The notes beneath the pieces were generated by a model. It had not been told where the DNA came from and did no database searches. It was given only the letters and a program-made list of their open reading frames with translations. Shown here in pieces: positions 56,601 to 64,000 of a stretch of 64,000 bases of DNA. Source of the stretch: Dehalococcoidia bacterium (lineage in GTDB: Bacteria; Chloroflexota; Dehalococcoidia; Lucifugimonadales; UBA2985); contig OZ244924.1 in assembly GCA_965221925.1 (NCBI GenBank), forward strand, positions 1,161,352-1,225,351, written 5' to 3'. How positions within the stretch are numbered: position 1 is the first letter of the stretch; each line of letters opens with the position of its first letter. A program made the position numbers and the translations under genes.

Positions 56601-57674
56601 CATGAACCGGAACACCAGCGTCAGCGCCGCCTCCTCTATCTGCCGGAGTTGCTCCCGGTCACGCATTTCCGCGCCCTGCGATTCAAGATACTCGCCGAGC
56701 CCCCGTGCGATATTGGGCAGCGCGTCCTTGATGAGCCGCTCCTCAAGTCCCTTTCGCAGCTCCTCTCCAAAGTCCTTCGCCTCACCGACCCACGCGGTCA
56801 GCCAGCCGTTCTCCTTCAGCGATTCGGGCGCGAGCAGGCCGAGGTAGAGGCGGTCCTTCCGCTCCAACTCGCCAAGGTCTATCTCCACGTGTTGCCCGGT
56901 CGCCGGTCCTACCGGAGGCCGCCGCTGAAACAGCCGATAGCGGCCCTCTGCTGTCAATACGCCCCAATGCGCCCCGTGCTGCCCGCAGTCCGCCAGCACC
57001 AAGCCCTCGGGCAGCTCTCCGTTGTCCGTGAGACGGCTGAACTGCGAGGCGTCCCGGTGAGGATGCACCACGGCAACTGGGGCATTATCGTGCCTCAGTA
57101 AATAGCCGCGCTGTGGGAGCTGCTCGACCTGATAACCCATGCCTTGGAATAGCGTCCGCCATGGCATGTTGCCGGTAGACGCGATACCTTCTACGGTACC
57201 GGACAATCGCTGCTCGTTGATGGGCCAGCGCAGACGTTCCCGCAAGAAGTGAGGGGTGAGGAGGTCTTTGACCCGCAGACCGGGGACGACAGCCTCTTCA
57301 AGACGGCTGAACTCCCTGGCCAGGAAGGACGCTGCTTCGCGGGCCGCCAGACTGCGGCTCGTCTCCAACAGATCGAGGACTCGGCTGACTGGCAACTCTC
57401 GAACGGGCCGGGCATCCTGCGGCCCGGCGACCCGGACTTTGTCTACGTCGTCCGACCGGGCCAGCAAGACAACCGGATAGGCTTGACGGCCTTTCCGTGC
57501 TTCCCACAGCCTCCGTAGTTCCACATCGCTCGCTGCATCATCGAACCACAGAAGATGGTAAGCAGGCGTCTCCCAGACCGTTGCGGACTGCCCTGCCTGC
57601 GACGTCCAGTCGCGCCCAAAGCCGAATGTGGCTTCGAGGTATGCGGACGTCTGATTGGCGGTAGGTGAGGTCAT
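53697..57674 (-). CDS. 1325-aa gamma-class N6-adenine DNA methyltransferase (Eco57I/PglX/DrmMI-like architecture)
   Basis: Motif I is FSVVDPAMGSAHFLTAALD and motif IV is FDVVVGNPPWNEV, with long N- and C-terminal extensions. Confidence 0.85.
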   Translation of the reverse strand: MTSPTANQTSAYLEATFGFGRDWTSQAGQSATVWETPAYHLLWFDDAASDVELRRLWEARKGRQAYPVVLLARSDDVDKVRVAGPQDARPVRELPVSRVLDLLETSRSLAAREAASFLAREFSRLEEAVVPGLRVKDLLTPHFLRERLRWPINEQRLSGTVEGIASTGNMPWRTLFQGMGYQVEQLPQRGYLLRHDNAPVAVVHPHRDASQFSRLTDNGELPEGLVLADCGQHGAHWGVLTAEGRYRLFQRRPPVGPATGQHVEIDLGELERKDRLYLGLLAPESLKENGWLTAWVGEAKDFGEELRKGLEERLIKDALPNIARGLGEYLESQGAEMRDREQLRQIEEAALTLVFRFMFLLHTEARGYLPIGSAAYRPYSARQLAEDSRLARASYSRRATQRWDRMRTLVRMVRTGDRSAGVPAYNGSLFAADGFPGSALLERAEIADVYLAPALTAISYETDKPDAPGLDYAGLQVGHLGAIYEALLTFRLTHAPEDLAYDARQDVFRPLRAGERPEVTRAQLYYQAEAGGRKAVGVFYTRHEFVSHLLNHSLLPALEDHLAEVKQVAGRDPNEAARQLFDFSVVDPAMGSAHFLTAALDMIADRIEIFLAEVGGLPGIAQLLSELSQDSGPIAQQPEDGDLLRRLILKRCIYGVDLSPMAVEVANVTLWLASFVPGLALSYLGSNLKCGDALIGVADPSVVGASDSPLFTGQTVRNAMEQAAQLQREQAAVPDRTPEEVKQSEELGVRREEATVGLRAAFDLWAAEPLGLDGARHTLEINADAIVEGAASADVRVAIEEAGGVADRFSFFHWPLEFPNVFHRDRPGFDVVVGNPPWNEVTVEELAFYALREPGLRGLPSLADRRKRIAALDEQQPDWRGEFGSQQQQLATVRGFFSESGGYKLQGVGDKDLYQLFCERYSHLVRQDGRLGVVLPRSAFLAEGARRFRQWLFTRNSVRRLDLLLNNRSWAFTIHPQYTIALLTSQRHTPTGQAAFQVTGPSASLDEFQASAQGDGITIPTSSLGSAHVVPLMPSQKHADVLAKLRRGIQFDALQSPEMQKSAKGRAAVSHAVPHRELDETQQRALFSHSQGTPVWKGRSFNQYEPHGNEPAGYSVRDEVLDFVQTKRMRSPVFKRMFSKEVLADPKTHPMNHCRVAFRDIGRATDSRTSIACLIPPTTPLTNSAPYLVLAGWDPISQANLLGVLNSVPFDWVARRYVETHLNFYVLNSLTLPPPDNTPWEHIGRLAARLSCVDDRFAEFAVEAGVECGVLTEAQHNDMRAEIDALVARAYGLTEDELRFIFTDFTENAVSPAYRRQVLEKFEGL

Positions 57675-57713
57675 CGACTCTCTCTTGATAGTTAGCTCAG
57701 GAGCGCAATGTCT

Positions 57714-57742
57714 TTGACATTATCCAACTATCACTGTACAGT
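57714..57742 (+). promoter_or_regulatory. Near-consensus sigma70-type promoter upstream of abiEi
   Basis: TTGACA (57714-57719), a 17-nt spacer, then TACAGT (57737-57742), in the 116-nt divergent gap between the methylase and AbiEi genes. Confidence 0.5.
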
Positions 57743-57790
57743 TGCAAGTAGTTGCTCTTTTGTCTGGGTGCAAAGTTTGGAGTCCGTCCA

Positions 57791-58630
57791 ATGACTACTA
57801 GCGCAAGGCCCAAGCAATCTCTGGTCGGCATCGAGTTGGTCCGGCTGCTCGCCTATGAGGGGGACCGCATCTTCACCACGGACCGGGCTCGGGAACTTGC
57901 GCCTCGTGTAGGCCTAAAGAATGCCTACCTCGGAGAGTCACTGTACCATCTCCGGAGGAACAATTGGATCGTCCCACTGCGCCGAGGGCTTTATGCGCTG
58001 TCCCCCACTGTTCCTGGCGTCGCGGCCGCCCACGAATTCGAGATAGCTATGGCCCTAGTCGATCCCGCCGCAATCTCCCACTGGTCGGCCTTGCACCATC
58101 ACGGGCTGACTGAACAGATACCCAGGGACGTATTTGTCCTAACGACAACCGGAACTTGGATCCCTCGCCCTAGGAAGAACCGGCAAGGACAGCTTGGAGG
58201 TGGGTACCAGGTGGGGGATACCACGTACCGATTCCTTCAGATCAAGCCCAACCACTTCTTCGGCGCTGAGAAGGTGTGGGTCGGCGATGCCCGCGTGTCC
58301 GTCACAGACCTGGAGCGCACCTTGCTGGACGGGTTGTACACGCCCCAACGCTGCGGCGACTTCGCAGAAGTGCTCCATGCCTTCCAGCTAGGAATGAATC
58401 GGCTGAACACCGAGCGCATCACTGAGTATGCCATCAGACTAGGCGTGACGACGGCCAAGCGCCTGGGATGGGTGCTCGAAGCTCAGGGAGCCGCCTCGTC
58501 CGAACTCGAAAAGCTGTCCTCACTGCCCATCAAGGGCTACCGCAAGCTAGATGCTGCGGGGCCTCGAAAGGGACCTTGCAACAGTCACTGGATGGTCCAG
58601 GAGAACCTGCCGGGAATGGTTGCGACATGA
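57791..58630 (+). CDS. abiEi: AbiEi-family antitoxin/transcriptional regulator
   Basis: MTTSARPKQSLVGIELVRLLAYEGDRIFTTDRARELAP...LRRNNWIVPLRRGLYAL. ATG 57791 lies 9 nt after GGAG. Its stop overlaps the next start (ATGA). Confidence 0.75.
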   Translation: MTTSARPKQSLVGIELVRLLAYEGDRIFTTDRARELAPRVGLKNAYLGESLYHLRRNNWIVPLRRGLYALSPTVPGVAAAHEFEIAMALVDPAAISHWSALHHHGLTEQIPRDVFVLTTTGTWIPRPRKNRQGQLGGGYQVGDTTYRFLQIKPNHFFGAEKVWVGDARVSVTDLERTLLDGLYTPQRCGDFAEVLHAFQLGMNRLNTERITEYAIRLGVTTAKRLGWVLEAQGAASSELEKLSSLPIKGYRKLDAAGPRKGPCNSHWMVQENLPGMVAT

Positions 58631-59505
58631 GACCTCTCCGCACGCGCCTTCAGGAAGCACGCCAGCGTCTGGGCATCCCCTGGGAGGCACTCGAACGGGA
58701 CTATCTGTTGTCTTGGGTGTTGGCCGGGATTAGCCAGACGCCGGTGCTCCAGAACACGCTGGTCTTCAAAGGCGGCACAGCCCTCAGGAAGTGCTACTTC
58801 GGCGACTACCGCTTTTCCGAAGACCTGGACTTCTCTGCACTGGAAGGCGTCCCCACCGGACAGGAGATGGAGCGATTGGTGATGGAAGCGTGCGAGACTG
58901 CCGTTAGACTGTTGAACGAATACGCTCCCGTAGAGATCGTCTGCGAGCGTTACACGGAGCGCGAGCCGCATCCTGGTGGCCAGGAAGCCTTCACGATTCA
59001 CGCTAGGTTCCCGTGGCAGAGCCGTCCCCAGACCCGCGTCATGATCGAGATCACGTTGGACGAGAGAATCCTGCGGCCAGCCGAGAAGCGGCAGGTCATC
59101 CACGAGTACGGGGAACCGCTCGACGCGGAAGTGAAGGTGTATTCCCTCGAAGAGATCGTTGCCGAAAAGCTGCGAGCGCTCCTGCAACAGGCGGAAATGT
59201 TCGAGAGGAGAGGTTGGAGCCGCTCACGCGCCCGCGACTACTACGACCTCTGGCGGGTGCTCGGGACTTACGGAGACCAGATGGCCCTAGTGAGCTTCGA
59301 CTCGCTGCTGCGTGAGAAGTGCGGCGTCCGAGATGTCACCTTTACAGGCCCGGAGGACTTCTTACATGACGCCATGCTTGCTTATGTCGAGGAGACTTGG
59401 GAGCAGTGGCTCGGCCCGCTGGTGCCGGACTTGCCAATATTCGAGACTGTGATCAGCGAACTGCGGCCACAGGTGGCGCAGCTGGTTCGTTCAGGCGGCG
59501 CATAG
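58627..59505 (+). CDS. abiEii: AbiEii/DUF1814 nucleotidyltransferase toxin
   Basis: MRPLRTRLQEARQRLGIPWEALERDYLLSWVLAGIS...LVFKGGTALRKCYFGDYRFSEDLDFS. Confidence 0.85.
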   Translation: MRPLRTRLQEARQRLGIPWEALERDYLLSWVLAGISQTPVLQNTLVFKGGTALRKCYFGDYRFSEDLDFSALEGVPTGQEMERLVMEACETAVRLLNEYAPVEIVCERYTEREPHPGGQEAFTIHARFPWQSRPQTRVMIEITLDERILRPAEKRQVIHEYGEPLDAEVKVYSLEEIVAEKLRALLQQAEMFERRGWSRSRARDYYDLWRVLGTYGDQMALVSFDSLLREKCGVRDVTFTGPEDFLHDAMLAYVEETWEQWLGPLVPDLPIFETVISELRPQVAQLVRSGGA

Positions 59506-59663
59506 TATGTTTTGGGTGAGGGGACACACTCACAGGACCAGCCGCATCTCGAAGATGGTTCTGCCTACCGTCCCCTCAGCTCCACCACGTCTCCAGAATA
59601 GCGTCTAGAGAAGAATTCAGCGGGCAGGCGGAATAGACGGGTTAGACTCGCTCCGAATCGGCA

Positions 59664-59707
59664 GACGATGGGGCATGGACCGTGATCACGGTCCATGCCC
59701 CATCGTC
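59664..59707. repeat. Perfect 44-bp palindrome between convergent genes; possible bidirectional terminator or protein-binding site
   Basis: GACGATGGGGCATGGACCGTGA|TCACGGTCCATGCCCCATCGTC. No flanking T tract. Confidence 0.9.
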
Positions 59708-59725
59708 ATGGCGATTGCGCCGCGT

Positions 59726-60874
59726 CTAGGAGGCAGTGCAACCGGTCACTGCCCTGGTTACCTTGTTATAAGTGCAAGTCCCTATTTCAGCCCCCACGGG
59801 CCGACCAAACCCATCTATCGTCGCTAGATCTGCTCGACCCGGCATGGGGACCCCGCCGGTTTTCCCCCCAGACAGCCAACTCGAGTAGCGCCCGTAGTAG
59901 CTGTTGAACAGATTTCTGCCGTGCGCGCTACCGTGGTAAGCATACATCTTGCAGGAGCCGTTATTGCAAGACACGCTGTACATGCCGCCGTCGCTCCCAC
60001 GGCATGCATGGCAGAGGCCCGGCATCAATGTGCAACTGCTGGGAACGGCCGGCGCCTGACGCTCAGCCCTGATCTTAACTGGCTCCTCCTTGTATCTTCC
60101 CAGCCAGCCGTCAGGGTCCGTACAGCCGCGTTGGGCGAGGATGCCTCGACGCCTCGCCTCGTCGCTTCCCGCCGTAGCAAGACCTTTCACCGCGTACTTG
60201 AGCTTCTCGCACACCGCGTCGTCATTGAGCAGCAAAAGCGCAGAGGGCGCCGGCGCCGCCGGCTCGGCGGCAACCACTGCCGGCTCGGCGGCAACCACTG
60301 CCGGCTCGGCGGCAACCACTGCCGGCTCGGCGGCAGCCACAACCGGCTCGGCGGCAGCCACAACCGGCTCGGCGGCAGCCACAACCGGCTCGGGCGGGGG
60401 CTGCGCATCGTCGTTTCGGATGGTGCCGAAGGCAGTGTCCTTGCCAACCACAACATCTGCAGGGAGACGGTAACTACCCCTGCGCGGGAAGATGCGCACA
60501 CTGATGCGCTCGTCGGACTCGTACTTGCTATCCTGCGTCGTCCTGATCCTGACGGTCGTGGATGTTGTCCTCGGCTTGATCTTCACGTGGCCGGACTGAC
60601 CGCTCGGGTAGTCCCCGTCCGACTCCTGAGCCTCTGCATCGGAGATGCGCCACCCCATCTTGATCGGCTTATCGATGGGCGTGGATACGCTCACGGTGAA
60701 ATAAAGGGCGCCTCCCTCCTGCGCGCTGGCGTCCGCAATGGACACCGTGGGAGCGCCGGACGCGGAGGCAGGAGTCGCCGCCATCGCCATCACGATGACC
60801 ATCAACAGCCCGAAGGGCAAACTTGCCCACAAGCGCGGCGCCGGTCGGTGCATTCCTGCCAGGACATTCTTCAT
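59726..60874 (-). CDS. Secreted Calx-beta-domain protein with an EPVVAAA/EPAVVAA repeat linker and a Cys-rich C-terminal domain
   Basis: ATG 60874 follows GGGGAGG. The signal peptide is LPFGLLMVIVMAMAATPASASG, and Calx-beta-like sequence runs VSIADASAQEGGALYFTVSVS...TAFGTIRNDD. Confidence 0.7.
   Translation of the reverse strand: MKNVLAGMHRPAPRLWASLPFGLLMVIVMAMAATPASASGAPTVSIADASAQEGGALYFTVSVSTPIDKPIKMGWRISDAEAQESDGDYPSGQSGHVKIKPRTTSTTVRIRTTQDSKYESDERISVRIFPRRGSYRLPADVVVGKDTAFGTIRNDDAQPPPEPVVAAAEPVVAAAEPVVAAAEPAVVAAEPAVVAAEPAVVAAEPAAPAPSALLLLNDDAVCEKLKYAVKGLATAGSDEARRRGILAQRGCTDPDGWLGRYKEEPVKIRAERQAPAVPSSCTLMPGLCHACRGSDGGMYSVSCNNGSCKMYAYHGSAHGRNLFNSYYGRYSSWLSGGKTGGVPMPGRADLATIDGFGRPVGAEIGTCTYNKVTRAVTGCTAS
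60261..60386. repeat. Six in-frame 21-nt tandem repeats (3 + 3 of two subtypes) inside 59726..60874
   Basis: GGCTCGGCGGCAACCACTGCC x3, then GGCTCGGCGGCAGCCACAACC x3. Confidence 0.95.
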
Positions 60875-61079
60875 TTTTGGCCTCCCCTTTGATTTTCCTG
60901 TTCCATCGAAATTATGCATTGGATTATGGAGGAGGGAGTGATTAATGTCAAATACCCTGGCGCTCCTTCAGATATCGAGTATTTACCCATCGAAAATATC
61001 CACAATCTGCTTCTCCTCTTCTCTCTGGGGAATGAGCAGCGAGCGGCATTGAGCCAGGGGATTCAGGCCGTTGGCCTTT

Positions 61080-62283
61080 GTAGGGGCGGTTCGCGAACCG
61101 CCCCTACGCTTGGTTAGTTGTCCGCAGGGCGTGAGCGGGTAGGGCGCCACGAACGGTAGCGGGGCGTTAGCGGGTCCCCTTTCCGTTCGTCCTGAGCTTG
61201 TCGAAGGGCGTGAGCGGGGCACCATCCCACAGGCGCGCCGCGGGCCCAGGGCACTACCTCGAGGTGGAGTCTGGGTCAAGCACCATCCCACAGGCGCGCC
61301 GCGGGCCCCTCACCTGGGTGAGGGGCCCGCTATCGTCGGTTGGCGTTGCCGCCGTCGGCCTTTGTAGGGGCGGTTCGCGAACCGCCCCTACGCTTGGTTG
61401 GTTGTCCGAAGGACCACAACGGGAACTCGCCCGCTCGCATGGTTCGACAGGCTCACCACGAACGGGCGTAGGGGAGGGCACGAACGGGCCGGAGGAGCAC
61501 GAACTGGCAGGGGAGCCATCCCACAGGCGCGCCGCGGCCCCTCACCTGGGTGAGGGGCCCACTATCCTCGGTTGGCGTTGCCGCCGTCGGCCTTTGTAGG
61601 GGCGGTTCGCGAACCGCCCCTACACTTGGTTAGTTGTCCGCAGGGCGTGAGGGGGCAACCATCCCGTGCCCCATCCCCCTTTCCGTTCGTCCTGAGCTTG
61701 TCGAAGGGCCACAATGGGAACCAACTCGCCCGCTCGCATGGTTCGACAGGCTCACCACGAACGGGCGTAGGGGAGGGCACGAACGGGCCGGGGGAGCACG
61801 AACTGGCAGGGGAGCCATCCCACAGGCGCGCCGTGGGCCCCTCACCTGGGTGAGGGGCCAGCTATCGTCGGTTGGCGTTGCCGCCGTCGGCCTTTGTAGG
61901 GGCGGTTCGCGAACCGCCCCTACGCTTGGTTAGTTGTCCGCAGGGCGTTAGCGGACCCCCTTTCCGTTCACCCTGAGCTTGTCGAAGGCCACAACGGGAA
62001 CCAACTCGCCCGCTCGCATGGTTCGACAAGCTCACCACGAACGGGCGTAGGTAAGGGCACGAACGGGCGTAGGGGAGGGCACGAACGGGCCGGGGGCGCC
62101 ATGAACGGTAGCGGGGCGTGAGCGGGTCCCCTTTTCCGTTCACCCTGAGCTTGTCGAAGGGCGTGAGCGGCGCGCCATCCCACAGGCGCGCCGCGGGCCC
62201 ATCACAGGGGTGAGGGGCCCGCTATCGTCGGTTGGCATTGCCGCCGTCGGCCTTTGTAGGGGCGGTTCGCGAACCGCCCCTAC
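61080..62283. repeat. Block of five tandemly reiterated composite palindromic (REP/MITE-like) units
   Basis: The perfect hairpin GTAGGGGCGGTTCGCGAACCGCCCCTAC occurs at 61080, 61364, 61596, 61896 and 62256. It is interleaved with GGCCCCTCACCTGGGTGAGGGGCC hairpins and with inverted arm pairs CCGTTCGTCCTGAGCTTGTCGAAGGGC / TTCGACAGGCTCACCACGAACGG. The short ORFs here are translation artefacts. Confidence 0.9.
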
Positions 62284-62318
62284 ACTTGGTTACGTGTGCC
62301 GCCGTCAGTCTTTAGCCG

Positions 62319-64000
62319 TTAGGCGGCTGCGTTGCGGCGCTGCATGAAGACCACGCCTGCCGCCACGCCCGCTACTATCAGTATCAGGATGGCCACCAGC
62401 CATATCGGGAACCCGCCGCCGCCCTCATCAACCGGCGTGGCCGTTGGGGCCGGTGTGGCTGTTGGGGCCGGCGTAGCCGTTGGGACCGGTGTGGCCGTTG
62501 GTTCCGGCGTTGCTGTTGGTTCCGGCGTTGGCGTTGGGGTGGGAGGAATGGCCGCCACCATCACCGTCACGGTCTGCGTGGCGAAGTGGCCGTACGGGTC
62601 GGTTGCGGTTATCGTGATCACGGCCTCGCCGGGGCTGAGCGGCCGCGAGACCAGAATGCTCTCGCCCTCCAGCAGGATCGCTGCCGCAACGGCCTCGTTG
62701 TCCGACTCCGCCGTGTAGGCAAGCTCATCGCCATCCGCGTCCGTGAAGTAGTCGCTTGTGTCGACTTCCTGCGAGGCCCCGCCGGCCCTCATGGCCTGGG
62801 TTTGTATGGAGCCCACCGCCTCCGGTGGGGTGTTGGCCCTCACCGAGGCCTGCTGCATGGCGGTCTCATCGAAGCGGTCCGTGGCGACTATGGTCACCGT
62901 TGCCTCGCCGGCGGCCACCCACATCAGGGTGAGAAGGCTGCCGGTAATGTCCACGGTCACCGCCTCCACGTTGTCGGACTCCGCCGTGTAGGTCAGGTTG
63001 TCGCCGTCCCCGTCTGAGAAGTACGGGGCTATGTCCATTGTCAGCGGCTCCGCGCCAACCACCTGGTCTTGAATCGTGCCTTTCGCCTCCGGCCCAACGT
63101 TGGCCGGCTGCACTGTTATGGCGAACGACTGGAACGCCGTCCCGCCCGTTGGGTCTATGGCTATGACCGTCATGGTGGTCGAGCCGGGCCTGACCATGTT
63201 GAACACTACCGTGTTGCCGCTTACGGACGCCGTCACCACCGTTGGGTCGGACGACATTGGCTGGTAGCGCAGCCTGTCGTTATCCGGGTCACGGAAGAAC
63301 TCGCTCACGTCAAGCGTGCTGTTGGAGCCGATCATCACCATCTGTTCCGGGATTGTCCCCACCCTGGAGGGAGGGGCGTTCGGCGCTGCCACGCGCCTGG
63401 CCAGCGCAAACTGGCTGAAGCTCGCTATGTTCTTCACGTCGATGACGCCCATGTTGTCGTTGTCCGCGCTCGGTAGCGTCACGCTGTAGCACTCCACCTT
63501 GTCGTCCGTTGCGCACTTGGGGACCGGCGTCCAGCGTGAGGAATCGTCTGAGCGCCTGTGGAAGGTGAAGCTGCTGTCGCTGTACTTCAGCGTGGCCCAT
63601 GCTTCGCTGTCCAGCTTCACCTCTATGCTGGCGTCCGTCCGGCTGAGGTCCGTGGTGGCAGCGCCTGTAACTTCCATGCACAGCCGGATGGAACGGGAAC
63701 TTATTCTGCTGCCGCATTCGGTCCTTGCTGTGATGGCGGCGGTGAGTTTCCCGGCGTCAACGGGGGCGTAAACTGTCCCCGTCACGCCATCCAGCGTCGA
63801 GGTTGCCGAGGTCGGCTTGAGGGTTACGTTCAGGGTTGCGTTGGCTATGTCGCTTGCCGTTGGAGTTGCCGAGTGGCCGGTCTTGCCGTTGACCTCTGCC
63901 GTGACCGTGAAGGAGGCGCCCACGCCGTTTGTGAGCGCATAGTCGCCAAGGTCGGCGTTCGCCGCTGCGTAGAGCTTTTCGGCGAAGTCCTTGACGCAGG
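62319..64000 (-). CDS. Cell-surface protein, N-terminus outside the window: tandem Ig/cadherin-like ~95-aa repeats, a Pro/Thr linker and a C-terminal TM anchor
   Basis: Three repeats of the type VGTIPEQMV...FFRDPDNDRLRYQ...TVTVIAID are followed by PTPTPTPEPTATPEPTATPVPTATPAPTATP and FPIWLVAILILIVAGVAAGVVF. The frame stays open upstream of the track start 63923 to the window end. Confidence 0.75.
   Translation of the reverse strand, partial: CVKDFAEKLYAAANADLGDYALTNGVGASFTVTAEVNGKTGHSATPTASDIANATLNVTLKPTSATSTLDGVTGTVYAPVDAGKLTAAITARTECGSRISSRSIRLCMEVTGAATTDLSRTDASIEVKLDSEAWATLKYSDSSFTFHRRSDDSSRWTPVPKCATDDKVECYSVTLPSADNDNMGVIDVKNIASFSQFALARRVAAPNAPPSRVGTIPEQMVMIGSNSTLDVSEFFRDPDNDRLRYQPMSSDPTVVTASVSGNTVVFNMVRPGSTTMTVIAIDPTGGTAFQSFAITVQPANVGPEAKGTIQDQVVGAEPLTMDIAPYFSDGDGDNLTYTAESDNVEAVTVDITGSLLTLMWVAAGEATVTIVATDRFDETAMQQASVRANTPPEAVGSIQTQAMRAGGASQEVDTSDYFTDADGDELAYTAESDNEAVAAAILLEGESILVSRPLSPGEAVITITATDPYGHFATQTVTVMVAAIPPTPTPTPEPTATPEPTATPVPTATPAPTATPAPTATPVDEGGGGFPIWLVAILILIVAGVAAGVVFMQRRNAAA

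Noticed and set aside
48750-57674. Calling the four-gene operon DISARM or BREX
   Set aside because: The DISARM core genes drmA and drmB (DUF1998) are absent. The BREX hallmarks PglZ, BrxC/PglY and BrxL are also absent. Only part of the domain repertoire is shared, so I left it unnamed.
61080-62283. Possible CRISPR array, because of regularly recurring palindromic repeats
   Set aside because: The period is 232-360 nt and irregular. The sequences between the 28-nt hairpins are themselves repeated rather than unique spacers. No cas genes are in the window.

Overview
Visibly GC-rich 64-kb window that is almost entirely accessory DNA: three related, mutually nested integrative elements plus two defence clusters. 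(A) 1 to ~16.5 kb is a conjugative-element-like module. It has an HTH regulator, a ~520-bp conserved non-coding module and a compact T4SS (VirB6-, VirB2-, PrgI/VirB3- and VirB4-like genes). It also carries an IS110 insertion, a frameshifted VirD4-like coupling-protein gene, a Replic_Relax-type protein, XRE/RHH regulators and a large serine recombinase with an in-frame TGA. (B) A second, inverted element has a homologous recombinase gene that meets that of A tail-to-tail at ~16.50 kb. That gene is itself split into a C-terminal part (16399-17658) and an N-terminal part (45266-45688). (C) The 27.6-kb insert that splits it (17659-45266) is bounded by reconstructable serine-integrase attL/attR. 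It carries its own intact large serine recombinase (43687-45303), an array of HTH paralogs, a second copy of the non-coding module and a visibly lower-GC cargo. The cargo is a two-nuclease gene pair and a seven-gene operon (DUF3883 helicase, PHP-ATPase, AlbA_2, DUF1156 methylase, DUF433-DUF5615, DUF499). Right of element B's relaxase-like gene lies a tight four-gene operon: a 1325-aa N6-methylase, an unknown 261-aa protein, a PLD::SNF2 helicase and a coiled-coil TIR protein. I consider this the best candidate for an undescribed defence system. An AbiEi/AbiEii pair follows it. The window ends with a Calx-beta secreted protein, a 1.2-kb block of composite palindromic repeats and a partial Ig-repeat surface protein. 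Several mobile-element and defence genes are interrupted by +/-1 indels in mononucleotide runs or by in-frame TGA codons. Decay versus sequencing error cannot be decided from one sequence. No rRNA, tRNA or CRISPR array was found. All family assignments come from motif recognition by eye, not database searches.
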